DNA of 64,000 nucleotides from Chitinophagaceae bacterium (GCA_039925965.1 JBDSXW010000051.1:64954-128953), one strand, 5' to 3'. Positions 9,755-19,459 are shown, counted from the stretch's first letter. Program-made: numbers and translations. Notes: generated by a model from the sequence alone, not told the origin.

Positions 9755-10465
9755 TACCTGACGGATGGGTTTAGGTGCAAATTAATGGTTAGGGTACAAA
9801 TGGCAAGGAAGGGGGCGGATAGTAGTTTGCCGGGGAGTAATCCATATGGCTGTATCCATAGAAAACTCTTGGAGAATATTTGCTGGTTAAAACGCTGGAT
9901 AACTCAAGTGCCACCACATCTAGCTTATACTTTTAGCCACATTGCGGAACTACTTGTAGGGGTTGATTGTATGAGCTACTGGTTACCCAGATGGAATGAC
10001 TGCTTACCATTTACAGGCCGGAATTGCTGCCGGTGAATCCAATAACCGGCGACAAACTACAAAGTAACACATAGCAGGCAATCTTTCCGGAGCAATTATT
10101 CGCTCTCGTTGAATTGGTAGGGACCAGTCTCTTTCCTTCATCGAAACAATGTCCGGCAGCGCTTTTGTAACATCTAAACGCAAGTAACCGTTCGGCTTAA
10201 AACACAACCCAATACCTGAATAATTACTAATACCTTAAAATCCGCTAGCAGATGTACTTCCTCAGAGATGATAAAGCGGGTGCAACTTAATCCACATTTT
10301 TCCACATTGATATATCAGAAACGAGCACGACTTTCATTTCTCCACCAATAAAAAAACGATTTCGGTGGAGGGTAACAAGAATGGTTTAGATGGTGGAAGC
10401 CTCGTCCCCTTAATTCAACAAAACCATATAAATCGTATGAAAGCTGACAGTTTGTAATGGGCTTT

Positions 10466-11101
10466 CTAGTCCATTTTTTGTGGCTGGACACCCGGCTTCG
10501 CATACGAATACCGTTTTATCAATTCGGTTGTATAGTATCCATCAACGCCATTGCTGCAAATCGAAGCAGCTTTATCCAGTTGCAGAAAACCATCTTCGGA
10601 AATAACGTCATTGTCAATTTCTATCGAAATAATTTTCCCAATTACCAGAAAGGTATCGTTTAGTTCAATAGGAATAATTTGCTGCAGCGATAATGCATAT
10701 TTGACGCAACTTTCCTTTACAAAAGGGGCTTTGATATTTTCTTGAAATTCAGGCGTAAGCCCTACTTCTCCAAACTCACTTATACCGGCTTCATACTTTG
10801 CACTTGTTTGATGCGCCTGCTGTACAAAAGAGGAATGAATATGATTGATGGTGTAAACGCCGGTTGCTTTGATATTAGCCAGCGTATGTGGCGCTGCTTT
10901 TGCGGGCCTGTTGATATACCCAACCAGGGGCGGATTGGAACCGATGTGGACAATACTGCTGAAAACTCCAAGATTGGTTTGCCCGCTCTCATTAATAGTG
11001 CCGATCAGGTTTACAGATTTGAAGCCGGTGAGGCTATTAATAAAGTTCGCCCGGTAAAAACGTTCCCAGGATTCTATGTCAGGAGTAGTGTAAGATGCCA
11101 T
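10466..11101 (-). CDS. Flavin reductase-like (FMN-binding split-barrel) family protein
   Basis: 211 aa. FYRANFINSLTGFKSVNLIGTINESGQTNLGVFSSIVHIGSNPPLVGYINRP resembles the flavin reductase domain. It is divergently transcribed from the photolyase-like gene, 88 bp away. Confidence 0.6.
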   Translation of the reverse strand: MASYTTPDIESWERFYRANFINSLTGFKSVNLIGTINESGQTNLGVFSSIVHIGSNPPLVGYINRPAKAAPHTLANIKATGVYTINHIHSSFVQQAHQTSAKYEAGISEFGEVGLTPEFQENIKAPFVKESCVKYALSLQQIIPIELNDTFLVIGKIISIEIDNDVISEDGFLQLDKAASICSNGVDGYYTTELIKRYSYAKPGVQPQKMD

Positions 11102-11189
11102 GCAGGTAAATTAATTATCTCTCCAAACATTCTTGCCAACAAATTGTTTTTCAGACAGACTACAGCTACAAATTGTTTAGACCTGCAAT

Positions 11190-12665
11190 ATGAATGAAGC
11201 GGTTTTGGTTTTTCCTCATCAATTGTTCAAGCAACATCCTGCCATGCAAAAAAGCGGGCAGGTATACCTGGTGGAAGAATGGTTGTTCTTTCGGCAATAT
11301 AATTTTCATAAACAGAAAATACTACTGCATCGGGCAAGTATGAAGTTTTATGAAGCCCACCTCAGGGAACAAAATCAGAATGTTCATTATATTGAAACAA
11401 CTGATGAACGAAATGATGTAACCAAATTGATTAGCTTTTTATCGCAACAAAAAATTACCCATATCCATATTGCAGATGTAGTGGATTGTTGGTTAAGCAG
11501 GCGCATCCGCTCGGCTTGTAATAAACACTCAATTGCATTAAACATTTACCCTTCGCCATCATTCCTTAACACAATGGATGAAGTGTCTGATTATTTCAAT
11601 CATAAGAAGACTTATTTTCAAACAGATTTTTATGTACAGCAGCGAAAGCAGCATAAAATTTTACTTGAAGCCAACGGTAAACCAACGGGTGGCAAATGGA
11701 CATTTGATGCAGATAACAGGATGAAATTTCCCAGGAACGAAATTGCGCCTAAAATACAATTTCCGGAAGCAAGCAGTTACATTACCTCTGCAGCAGAATA
11801 TGTGCAAGAACATTTTCCGCAAAATTATGGCAGCGCAGATGGCCCTCATCTCTTTGTGGCCACTTTTGAAGAGGCAGAAAACTGGTTGGGTGATTTTTTG
11901 AAAACCAGGTTTGAAAAATTTGGGATATATGAAGATGCGATTGTTGCTGATGAAAGCATTTTACACCACTCGGTACTTACCCCCATATTGAACACTGGTT
12001 TACTTACCCCTCAGCAAATTATCAATGCGGTACTAAATCATAGTAAAAATTATGACATTCCAATAAATTCCCTGGAAGGATTTATCCGTCAAATTATTGG
12101 CTGGCGGGAATTCATTCATATTGTATATGAACGGGAAGGAAATAAGCAACGTACGACTAACTATTGGAAATTTAATCGAAAAATCCCACAATCTTTTTGG
12201 TCAGGAACCACCGGAATAGCACCTATCGATATAACCATCAAAAAAGTGTTACAAACTGGTTACTGCCATCATATTGAAAGGTTGATGGTGTTGGGAAATT
12301 TCATGCTACTCTGTGAGTTTGACCCTAATGAAGTATGTCAATGGTTTACAGAATTATTCATTGATGCATACGATTGGGTAATGGTGCCCAATGTGTATGG
12401 TATGACACAGTTTGCTGATGGTGGATTGATGACGACTAAGCCTTATATCAGTGGCAGCAACTACTTAATGAAAATGAGTAACTATGAGAAAGGAGCATGG
12501 CAGCAGGTATGGGATGGTTTGTTTTGGCGTTTTATGGGTGTACACAGAGATTTCTTTTTACAGAATCCACGACTCGGTATGCTGGTAGGCACATTTGATA
12601 AAATGAACACAGAAAAAAAGGAAACACACTTAACAAATGCAGAAAGATTTCTAAACAGCTTATAA
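11190..12665 (+). CDS. Cryptochrome/photolyase-related protein, COG3046 / CryPro (FeS-BCP-like) family
   Basis: 491 aa. It has the N-terminal VLVFPHQLF motif, then GWREFI, TGYCHHIERLMVLGNF, DAYDWVMVPNVYGM.QFADGG and KPYISGSNY motifs typical of the photolyase-related COG3046 family. Confidence 0.75.
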   Translation: MNEAVLVFPHQLFKQHPAMQKSGQVYLVEEWLFFRQYNFHKQKILLHRASMKFYEAHLREQNQNVHYIETTDERNDVTKLISFLSQQKITHIHIADVVDCWLSRRIRSACNKHSIALNIYPSPSFLNTMDEVSDYFNHKKTYFQTDFYVQQRKQHKILLEANGKPTGGKWTFDADNRMKFPRNEIAPKIQFPEASSYITSAAEYVQEHFPQNYGSADGPHLFVATFEEAENWLGDFLKTRFEKFGIYEDAIVADESILHHSVLTPILNTGLLTPQQIINAVLNHSKNYDIPINSLEGFIRQIIGWREFIHIVYEREGNKQRTTNYWKFNRKIPQSFWSGTTGIAPIDITIKKVLQTGYCHHIERLMVLGNFMLLCEFDPNEVCQWFTELFIDAYDWVMVPNVYGMTQFADGGLMTTKPYISGSNYLMKMSNYEKGAWQQVWDGLFWRFMGVHRDFFLQNPRLGMLVGTFDKMNTEKKETHLTNAERFLNSL

Positions 12666-12860
12666 TCGGAACAAACCCTGTAATAATAATAAAGGAAACG
12701 GGTTCAATCTGATTTCATTTAGGGAGAAAAATCTGATTCGCATGTCATGAAATAATTAAAAAGAGAAATACCGCAGTGTTGATGCACTATAAGTAAAACA
12801 GAAAAGATGATGATAATTGTAGGTGATTAAAGTGCGTTAAATATTGACCGGATTATAGAA

Positions 12861-13094
12861 ATGGCCTGGGAAGACCGGACAACTTTCGAAGCAATAGAAA
12901 CACAGTTTGGACCAAAACAACAAGATGTAATCAAGCTGATGAGGAAGGAGTTGAAACATGCTGGTTTTAAACTATGGCGGAAACGTACCAAAGGGCGTAC
13001 AAATAAACATGAAGCTGTAAGAAGTAACGAAGTAGACAGGTTCAAATGCAGCAGGCAAAAAACAATTAGCCACAATAAAATCAGCAAGCGTTAA
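12861..13094 (+). CDS. TIGR03643 / DUF2805 family small protein (photolyase-associated)
   Basis: MAWEDRTTFEAIETQFGPKQQDVIKLMRKELKHAGFKLWRKRTKGRTNKHE matches the conserved core of this family. It lies directly downstream of the photolyase-like gene. Confidence 0.7.
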   Translation: MAWEDRTTFEAIETQFGPKQQDVIKLMRKELKHAGFKLWRKRTKGRTNKHEAVRSNEVDRFKCSRQKTISHNKISKR

Positions 13095-13461
13095 TATGCA
13101 TATGAATTTATTCTCTGACAAATCCAGATACGCCTCCCACCAAAGTTGTTTGACATTTTTTTCATTTATTATCCATCGTGTTTAACACAAGTTTTTGATC
13201 TGTACATGCAGACGTAAAATGAATTTAGGCTCTTGTTATTTCTTGTCTAATTACATATGCTAGTTTTTGCCTTTGAAGTTCGACAAACTCTTGTCTTAGC
13301 CCTTAGCCTACCTCCAATTCAAATACATTTTCAACAAATATTTCCGAGAATTTAAACTTTTACAAAAAACAAACTGTTTATTTTACTCGACATATAAGCT
13401 AAACCGAATATTATTTACTATATGCCATTATTGATTGCCGTTGTCATTAAAAAACAAACAT

Positions 13462-14205
13462 ATGCACCAAACATTTCTAAACATTCTACCGATTGCAAAC
13501 AACAATTATGTGGCCTTCACATTTTTTGTGGGAACCATGGCCATGATGGCCGCCTGTGTTTTCTTTTTCTTTGAGTTGAACAATGTGCCACAGAAATGGC
13601 GCACATCTGTTCTTGTCTCGGGCCTTATCACTTTTATTGCCGCAGTACACTATTACTACATGAGGGGCTATAATTTGGATACGGGCGAATCTCCGGTATT
13701 TTTCCGCTACGTTGACTGGATCTTAACGGTTCCACTCATGTGTGTTGAATTCTATTTAATCACCAAAAAAGCTGGTGCAAAAGCGGGATTGCTTTGGAAA
13801 CTCATTTTTGCATCTGTGGTAATGCTGGTAACCGGCTACATTGGCGAAGCCATTTACGGCAAAGAAACTCAGAGCTGGATTTGGGGATTGATCAGCGGTT
13901 TGGCTTATTTCTACATTGTGTACCTCGTTTGGTTTGGTGAGGTGGCAAAACTTGCCGGTAATGCAGGGCCAGCAGTGGCCAAAGCTGTAAAAACATTGGG
14001 ATGGTTTGTACTGGTAGGCTGGGCCATTTATCCAATTGGGTATATAGCAGGTACTGCCGGGGGTCTATTTGGTATCCAGGTGTTTAAAGGCCTCTCGATG
14101 GATATTGTTTACAATATTGGTGATGCCATCAATAAGATCGGTTTCGGGCTGGTGATTTATGCATTAGCACAGTCTGATAAAACAACATCTGCATCTTATG
14201 TTTAA
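13462..14205 (+). CDS. Proteorhodopsin-type microbial rhodopsin (DTE motif, predicted outward proton pump)
   Basis: Seven TM helices. Helix C reads RYVDWILTVPLMCVEFYL (D..T......E). The His is in AAVHYYYMR, the helix E motif is GYIGEA, and the retinal lysine is in YNIGDAINKIGFGLVIY. The ATG at 13462 is preferred over the TTG at 13435. Confidence 0.9.
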   Translation: MHQTFLNILPIANNNYVAFTFFVGTMAMMAACVFFFFELNNVPQKWRTSVLVSGLITFIAAVHYYYMRGYNLDTGESPVFFRYVDWILTVPLMCVEFYLITKKAGAKAGLLWKLIFASVVMLVTGYIGEAIYGKETQSWIWGLISGLAYFYIVYLVWFGEVAKLAGNAGPAVAKAVKTLGWFVLVGWAIYPIGYIAGTAGGLFGIQVFKGLSMDIVYNIGDAINKIGFGLVIYALAQSDKTTSASYV

Positions 14206-14277
14206 CTAATATTAAGAAGTGCAGTACAAATTGTATTGCACTTCTTGTTTGATTTAAATTCATTTATAAAGCATTGT

Positions 14278-15216
14278 ATGCTAAGAATTATGTTGTTATT
14301 ATCAGGTTGTGTATTGTTGTTATTTCAACAATACATTTCGCCTGTAAGTAGCAGCACACAATTCGTTATTTTTTTAATCGGAATATTATTATTAGGTGTA
14401 CCGCATGGCGCGGCGGATTTGCTGGTAGCCAATCAAAATGCAAACGGTCAAAAAAAAATATTCTCTAAATGTAGATTTTTAGCAATCTATATTTCCCGGC
14501 TTTTTGCCTTTGCGGGAATTTTATGGTTCTTCCCGTTGGCGGGTAACCTTTTATTTATCTTATTTGCGGCCTACCATTTTGGAGAAACAGATTTACACCA
14601 GTTTAAGACCAGCACGTTGTTAGGCAAAGCCTTCGTTATCTCTTATGGATTACTGATTCTTTCTGTTATTCTACTGCATCATTTCGAAGAAGTAAGACCC
14701 TTGCTTCAATTGTTCAGCGCAGGTAAGCAAAATGCAGTATTTATCAACTGGCTGGATGTAAACCGCTACAATGTCATCTCAGTTTCAGGAATCGTGTTCT
14801 TTACAGCCACATTTGTCTATTTTTTGAGAAACAGCAATAATGGCAGAAATGATAAAGGGCAATTCTTAATACGGTTTGGAGTTATTCTGCTAATTCTGTT
14901 CAACCTACCCATGCTTCTTGGGTTTACTTTCTACTTTGTTGTATGGCACTCAGTTTTATCACTTAATAATATTGTTACCTATTTAAGAACGAATAATTCT
15001 CCTACTCAAATTAGCATAAGTCGAAATATTATATTGTACAGTGTTATTGCCCTTGGGGGAATTGGTTTATTTGGATTTGCTGGTTTTATGTTTATCAGCA
15101 GCAATGCAATGGAAGGCTACCTGTTCCTGGGTTTAGCTGTTCTTACCGCGCCGCATATGCAAATTATGCATGACATGTACAAAAACCTACGACAAATACA
15201 ACATGTTCAACATTAA
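14278..15216 (+). CDS. blh: Brp/Blh family beta-carotene 15,15'-dioxygenase (retinal synthesis)
   Basis: A multi-TM protein with the conserved His-containing motifs GVPHGAADL, AAYHFGETD, VVWHSV and TAPHMQIMH. It lies immediately downstream of the rhodopsin gene. The start is uncertain (14236 TTG, 14278 or 14290 ATG). Confidence 0.85.
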   Translation: MLRIMLLLSGCVLLLFQQYISPVSSSTQFVIFLIGILLLGVPHGAADLLVANQNANGQKKIFSKCRFLAIYISRLFAFAGILWFFPLAGNLLFILFAAYHFGETDLHQFKTSTLLGKAFVISYGLLILSVILLHHFEEVRPLLQLFSAGKQNAVFINWLDVNRYNVISVSGIVFFTATFVYFLRNSNNGRNDKGQFLIRFGVILLILFNLPMLLGFTFYFVVWHSVLSLNNIVTYLRTNNSPTQISISRNIILYSVIALGGIGLFGFAGFMFISSNAMEGYLFLGLAVLTAPHMQIMHDMYKNLRQIQHVQH

Positions 15217-15234
15217 GAATCCTTTCAAAATTAA

Positions 15235-15263
15235 TTCAGCATACACTTTTTATATATGCTGAA
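15235..15263 (+). terminator. Possible hairpin after blh
   Basis: A 9-bp stem ttcagcata/tatgctgaa with an 11-nt loop lies 19 bp after the blh stop. No clear T-run follows. Confidence 0.35.
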
Positions 15264-15359
15264 CATATTATGCTATGTGATGTTATCTATTTACAAGTAA
15301 CGTCCTATAGTACTTTTTAAAACAGTATTTTTTTACATTTCAACAAATAAAAAACAATT

Positions 15360-15875
15360 ATGAAATCAATTAAAAACGTTGCGCTTTTTATTGCAGCGGC
15401 AGTATTATCCGTTAACGCAATGGCACAAACAAAAAAAGACATTGTGGATGTAGCTACAAGTTCCGAAGCACATACTACCCTGGTGGCTGCAGTTAAAGCT
15501 GCAGACCTTGTAGCTACTTTAAAAAGCAAAGGTCCGTTCACCGTATTTGCGCCTACCAATGATGCGTTTGCAAAACTTCCTGCGGGCACTGTTGATAACT
15601 TATTGAAGGCAGAGAATAAAGAAACGCTTGCTAAAATCCTGACTTATCATGTAGTGGCCGGGAACCTGAATGCAAAAGCGGTTTTAGCAGCTATTAAAAA
15701 GGGCGGAGGTAAGGTGGTCTTAACAACGGTGTCAGGAGGAAAATTGACTGCGGCCTTTGTTAAAGGAAAAGTTGTGTTGACCGATGAAAAGGGCGGAAAA
15801 GCGACCGTAACAGTAACTGACCTTGCAGCAACTAACGGCGTTATTCATGTAATTGATGCAGTATTAATGCCTTAA
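15360..15875 (+). CDS. Fasciclin (FAS1) domain protein, secreted
   Basis: Signal peptide, then [43 protein letters not shown]...LTYHVVAG...[13 protein letters not shown]. Confidence 0.9.
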   Translation: MKSIKNVALFIAAAVLSVNAMAQTKKDIVDVATSSEAHTTLVAAVKAADLVATLKSKGPFTVFAPTNDAFAKLPAGTVDNLLKAENKETLAKILTYHVVAGNLNAKAVLAAIKKGGGKVVLTTVSGGKLTAAFVKGKVVLTDEKGGKATVTVTDLAATNGVIHVIDAVLMP

Positions 15876-15942
15876 TAAGTATAATTACACCAGGGTATAG
15901 TTTAGGAAAGAGATTATAAACAAAGTCACTCAGATTCTATCT

Positions 15943-15983
15943 AAAAAAACGAACACAACATTTAATGCTGTGTTCGTTTTTTT
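15943..15983. terminator. Bidirectional rho-independent terminator
   Basis: The stem acgaacaca (15949-15957) pairs with tgtgttcgt (15969-15977). It is flanked by an A-run upstream and a T-run downstream and sits between convergent genes. Confidence 0.75.
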
Positions 15984-16079
15984 CGAAAATCCTTCCAATA
16001 ATGTATCTCAATACTAATTTTAATATCTTAACCCGTCATTAAAGTATTTCCATTTGTCGCATAAATACTTCAAATCATT

Positions 16080-16973
16080 TTACTTCAAATACTCAATCTG
16101 CGGTATCCCATTGCCCCCGCATTGCCAGTTGCCATTATTGGCTTTAAATAAAACATAGTCATTTTCATACTGGGTTCTAACAACCGCATTTGTATACTTT
16201 TTGCAAACAATATATTTAGTATGGAACGGATATAGCGTAGCACCCGCAGGTGCGGCATCGTGTTTTCTTTGGGCCCCACGACCTGGCACTAAGCTAACAG
16301 TATTGGTAAATGGGCTTGCCGATTGTATTGATAAAAAAGAAACTCCTATCGCAAGCGGCGACGACAATCCTCCCGTGTTCACCTCAAACCCATATAACCC
16401 ATAAATGCCACTCTTAGCAAGTGTTTCCGAATAACGGGCATTTGAATTCATGTCGGGCAATGTAGTGAAATTGCAGCCTGCATCGGCAGCAGTATTCGAA
16501 ATGTTTGGTTTCACAATGGGGGCATGATCCCGTTCCGCCGGCTTTTCAACATCCGCCATGGAAGGACCCGAATACGTCCCATCATCGTTTAAGAGATAAA
16601 CTGCCATAGCGGTTACCTTTTTTATATCTGCCGCTCCAGGCGCATAAATTTCAATGTGCTCCTCCTGGCCTTGGGGGGTACTATAACCAACACCCATCAA
16701 ATTATAGGCGCCAAGTTCATGAGCAAACTTGTCGTAGTACCTGCAAACAAAAACCCTATGAGTCTGCGGCGGATTATTACGTGTTTTTATATTCAGCCAT
16801 ATAGAGCCTTTATTATCATAGGTCCAGGTTCCAACTTCGTACCATTTTTCCAGTTCAGAGAAATTAGGCCTGGGGAGCCGGGAATCCTGCGCCTCGGTGT
16901 TGGATGAAAATAGTAATAAGATGGCGAATAAGGCGATGGCAAGTGACTCATTTAAAATCGATCTTTTTTTCAT
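16080..16973 (-). CDS. Hypothetical secreted protein
   Basis: A 297 aa ORF with a signal peptide (LLLFSSNTEAQ). I recognise no family motif. Confidence 0.5.
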   Translation of the reverse strand: MKKRSILNESLAIALFAILLLFSSNTEAQDSRLPRPNFSELEKWYEVGTWTYDNKGSIWLNIKTRNNPPQTHRVFVCRYYDKFAHELGAYNLMGVGYSTPQGQEEHIEIYAPGAADIKKVTAMAVYLLNDDGTYSGPSMADVEKPAERDHAPIVKPNISNTAADAGCNFTTLPDMNSNARYSETLAKSGIYGLYGFEVNTGGLSSPLAIGVSFLSIQSASPFTNTVSLVPGRGAQRKHDAAPAGATLYPFHTKYIVCKKYTNAVVRTQYENDYVLFKANNGNWQCGGNGIPQIEYLK

Positions 16974-17252
16974 TTGGCGCTATTAGGGATATATTTGCTC
17001 AAAATGCCTCTCACAATAATAGTTGATAATATTGGGGGTCATGATCGAATCTTTTGGCATTGCAGCTTGCCAGTTTCACCAAGGCTACATGGGTAGATAT
17101 CATTTCTATCCTTTTGAGATAGCTACCGCGTTTGTTGCCAATAACACGATCAAACAATATTAAGGATGGCAGAGCCCCTGTTTCATAATATTAAACAAAA
17201 AAACAATGATGTCGTTGGACAGTTGCTATGTTTTGTTGGCGATGTGTAATTG

Positions 17253-18533
17253 TTATTTTAATGCCTGGTATACCAGCACTTCGAATTTTTTGCTAAGGTC
17301 ACTATGACTGTTCGGGCTTTGCTGGGTCATTATCAGGCACACCATTTTCTCTTTGGGATCGGCCCAGTAGGTGGTGCCGAAATAACCACCCCAACCAAAG
17401 CTGCCTATGTTTTTAGGGCTTTCAGCCGCCACTTTTTCAGTCACAATTTCGAAACCAAGCCCAAACTTATTGCCTGCTCCTACCACCAGGTCACCAATCT
17501 GGTTTTGCGTCATCATCTCAACGGTTCTTGGTGATAATATTTCAACCCCGTTGTAGACACCGTGGTTGAGCATCATCTGCAAAAATTGGGCGTAATCGTA
17601 AGCAGTGGAAGAGAGGCCCGCACCACCACTGAAATAGTGGGTCCCCAATTTCGGATAGTCCGGTGAAATACCGCCACGGGGCAGGACTTGTTTCGCAAGA
17701 TGGTGCAATGAATCTTCGGTATATAATGTGGCCAGCCGACCGAACTTATCCGCAGGCAGGTTGAAATAAGTATCCGTCATCCCCAGGGGCAGAAAGATTT
17801 TCTTTTTCAGGTAATCATCCAGGGTCATCCCACTTATTTTTTCTACGAGATAGCCCAATACATCCACACCGAGGCTATAGCTCCATTTCGCACCGGGTTG
17901 ACTTGCCAACGGAAGCCCGGCAAGTGTTTTCATCTTATCAGCGAGATCCGCCTTTAGCTCGCCGATGCCGGATGGGATGGCTGATTTTGCATAAATAGCA
18001 TTCATTTCCCTACTGCCGATCACTGCATATCCAAGGCCCGAAGTGTGGGTCAACAGGTCTTTAATCGTCACTTTTCTCTTTACCGGAACAGAAGTATAGG
18101 TAGTATCGGCCTCGTTGAATTTGTCGAGCACCATCCCATTTTTAAACTCCGGGATATAATTTTCGATTGGGTCGGTTAGCAAAAATTTACCTTCTTCATA
18201 CAACATCATCACTGCCACGCTTACAATGGCTTTTGTTTGGGAGGCAATGCGAAAAATGGCATCCTTCGACAACGACTTTTTGGAATTTATGTCATCATAG
18301 CCATAGCCTTTGTATTGCACCACCCTGCCATCTTTCACTACCAGGGTCACTGCACCCGCAATCCACTGGTTAGAAATATACTTGTTTATCACGCTGTCAA
18401 TCCTTTTCAGTCTTTCATAATTCACGTGAGGATGGAATCCGCTTGTTTGCAGCACCTGGGCGCCACTACAGGCCACAAAAGCGGTGAACATGACAATACA
18501 TGCAAGCCGTTGCAACGAAAAAGTAGGGCGCAT
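17253..18533 (-). CDS. Serine hydrolase of the beta-lactamase / class C PBP-like family
   Basis: 426 aa with a signal peptide and the SxxK active-site motif in FRIASQTKAIVSVAVMML. Overall it looks AmpC/esterase-like (HTSGL, GGYFGT). Confidence 0.8.
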   Translation of the reverse strand: MRPTFSLQRLACIVMFTAFVACSGAQVLQTSGFHPHVNYERLKRIDSVINKYISNQWIAGAVTLVVKDGRVVQYKGYGYDDINSKKSLSKDAIFRIASQTKAIVSVAVMMLYEEGKFLLTDPIENYIPEFKNGMVLDKFNEADTTYTSVPVKRKVTIKDLLTHTSGLGYAVIGSREMNAIYAKSAIPSGIGELKADLADKMKTLAGLPLASQPGAKWSYSLGVDVLGYLVEKISGMTLDDYLKKKIFLPLGMTDTYFNLPADKFGRLATLYTEDSLHHLAKQVLPRGGISPDYPKLGTHYFSGGAGLSSTAYDYAQFLQMMLNHGVYNGVEILSPRTVEMMTQNQIGDLVVGAGNKFGLGFEIVTEKVAAESPKNIGSFGWGGYFGTTYWADPKEKMVCLIMTQQSPNSHSDLSKKFEVLVYQALK

Positions 18534-18914
18534 AGTCTATTTTTTTGAAAGCGAAAGTTAAGGAATAGAAGTAGAAGAATCAAAGGTTCAAGTGCCAAGG
18601 ATCAAGTGCCATAATTCGGTCCTTCTCTGTTGATTCCGGAGTTCGATCAATGAACTGTTTTAGGCCGAAAGTCCAGGATTATAGATCTCCGGCACGATAA
18701 ACCCGATATAAAACAAAGATGCCCGATTAAATTAAAATAAAATTGTCAAGGTCCAAATCGTCAGTACCTGACTCGTGTGCATTGAGCCTTGACGTTGGTA
18801 CTTAAACTTTACATCCTGGACTCTGCACCTTGTTGGGTGACCTTGTTAAAACATACGCTCCCACGCATTGGTGTCGCCCATCTCTTTACCTTCATCTTTC
18901 AAAAAATAAAACTC

Positions 18915-19316
18915 ATGAAAAAATTGGTTACAGTTGCATTTGCCTCTGTGGTATTTGTTCTGGCTGGAAATGCCCAACCACCTGTTACGACTGAAAAAGC
19001 GCCGATGTCGAAAGAAGAAAAAATGAAGATGAAAATGAAGCAGGAGGAGGAACTAAATGCTGCGTTTAAAGAAGCCGGACTTACTGCCGACCAGGAAAAA
19101 CAGGTGCGTGCAGCGCTGGATGATGCTAAACAAAAAAGCAGTGCCGTTAAAAAAGACGACACCGTGAAAGATGAAGAGAAAGCGGCCAAGATAAAAGAGA
19201 TCAATGATCAAAAAAATGCAAAGTTGAAGGAATTGATGGGTGACGATAAGTATCGGTTGTTCAACGCAGCAAAAAAGAAACAAAAGGAAGCCGCCATGGC
19301 AGAAGGAAAAAACTAG
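18915..19316 (+). CDS. Small secreted K/E-rich hypothetical protein
   Basis: ATG at 18915 (MKKLVTVAFASVVFVLAGNAQ) followed by a lysine/glutamate-rich helical sequence. The ORF-track extension to 18789 is unlikely. Confidence 0.55.
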   Translation: MKKLVTVAFASVVFVLAGNAQPPVTTEKAPMSKEEKMKMKMKQEEELNAAFKEAGLTADQEKQVRAALDDAKQKSSAVKKDDTVKDEEKAAKIKEINDQKNAKLKELMGDDKYRLFNAAKKKQKEAAMAEGKN

Positions 19317-19459
19317 TATTTAGCGTTGCCAGTTACCAGTATCGAAAATATTTCATCGTAGAATGAGATCAGGTACATCGATTAAATGCCGCAATCCTTA
19401 CCGGGAACTGGTTTACTGACAACCGGCAATTGGCAACTGGTTCACATGTAGTTACAATT

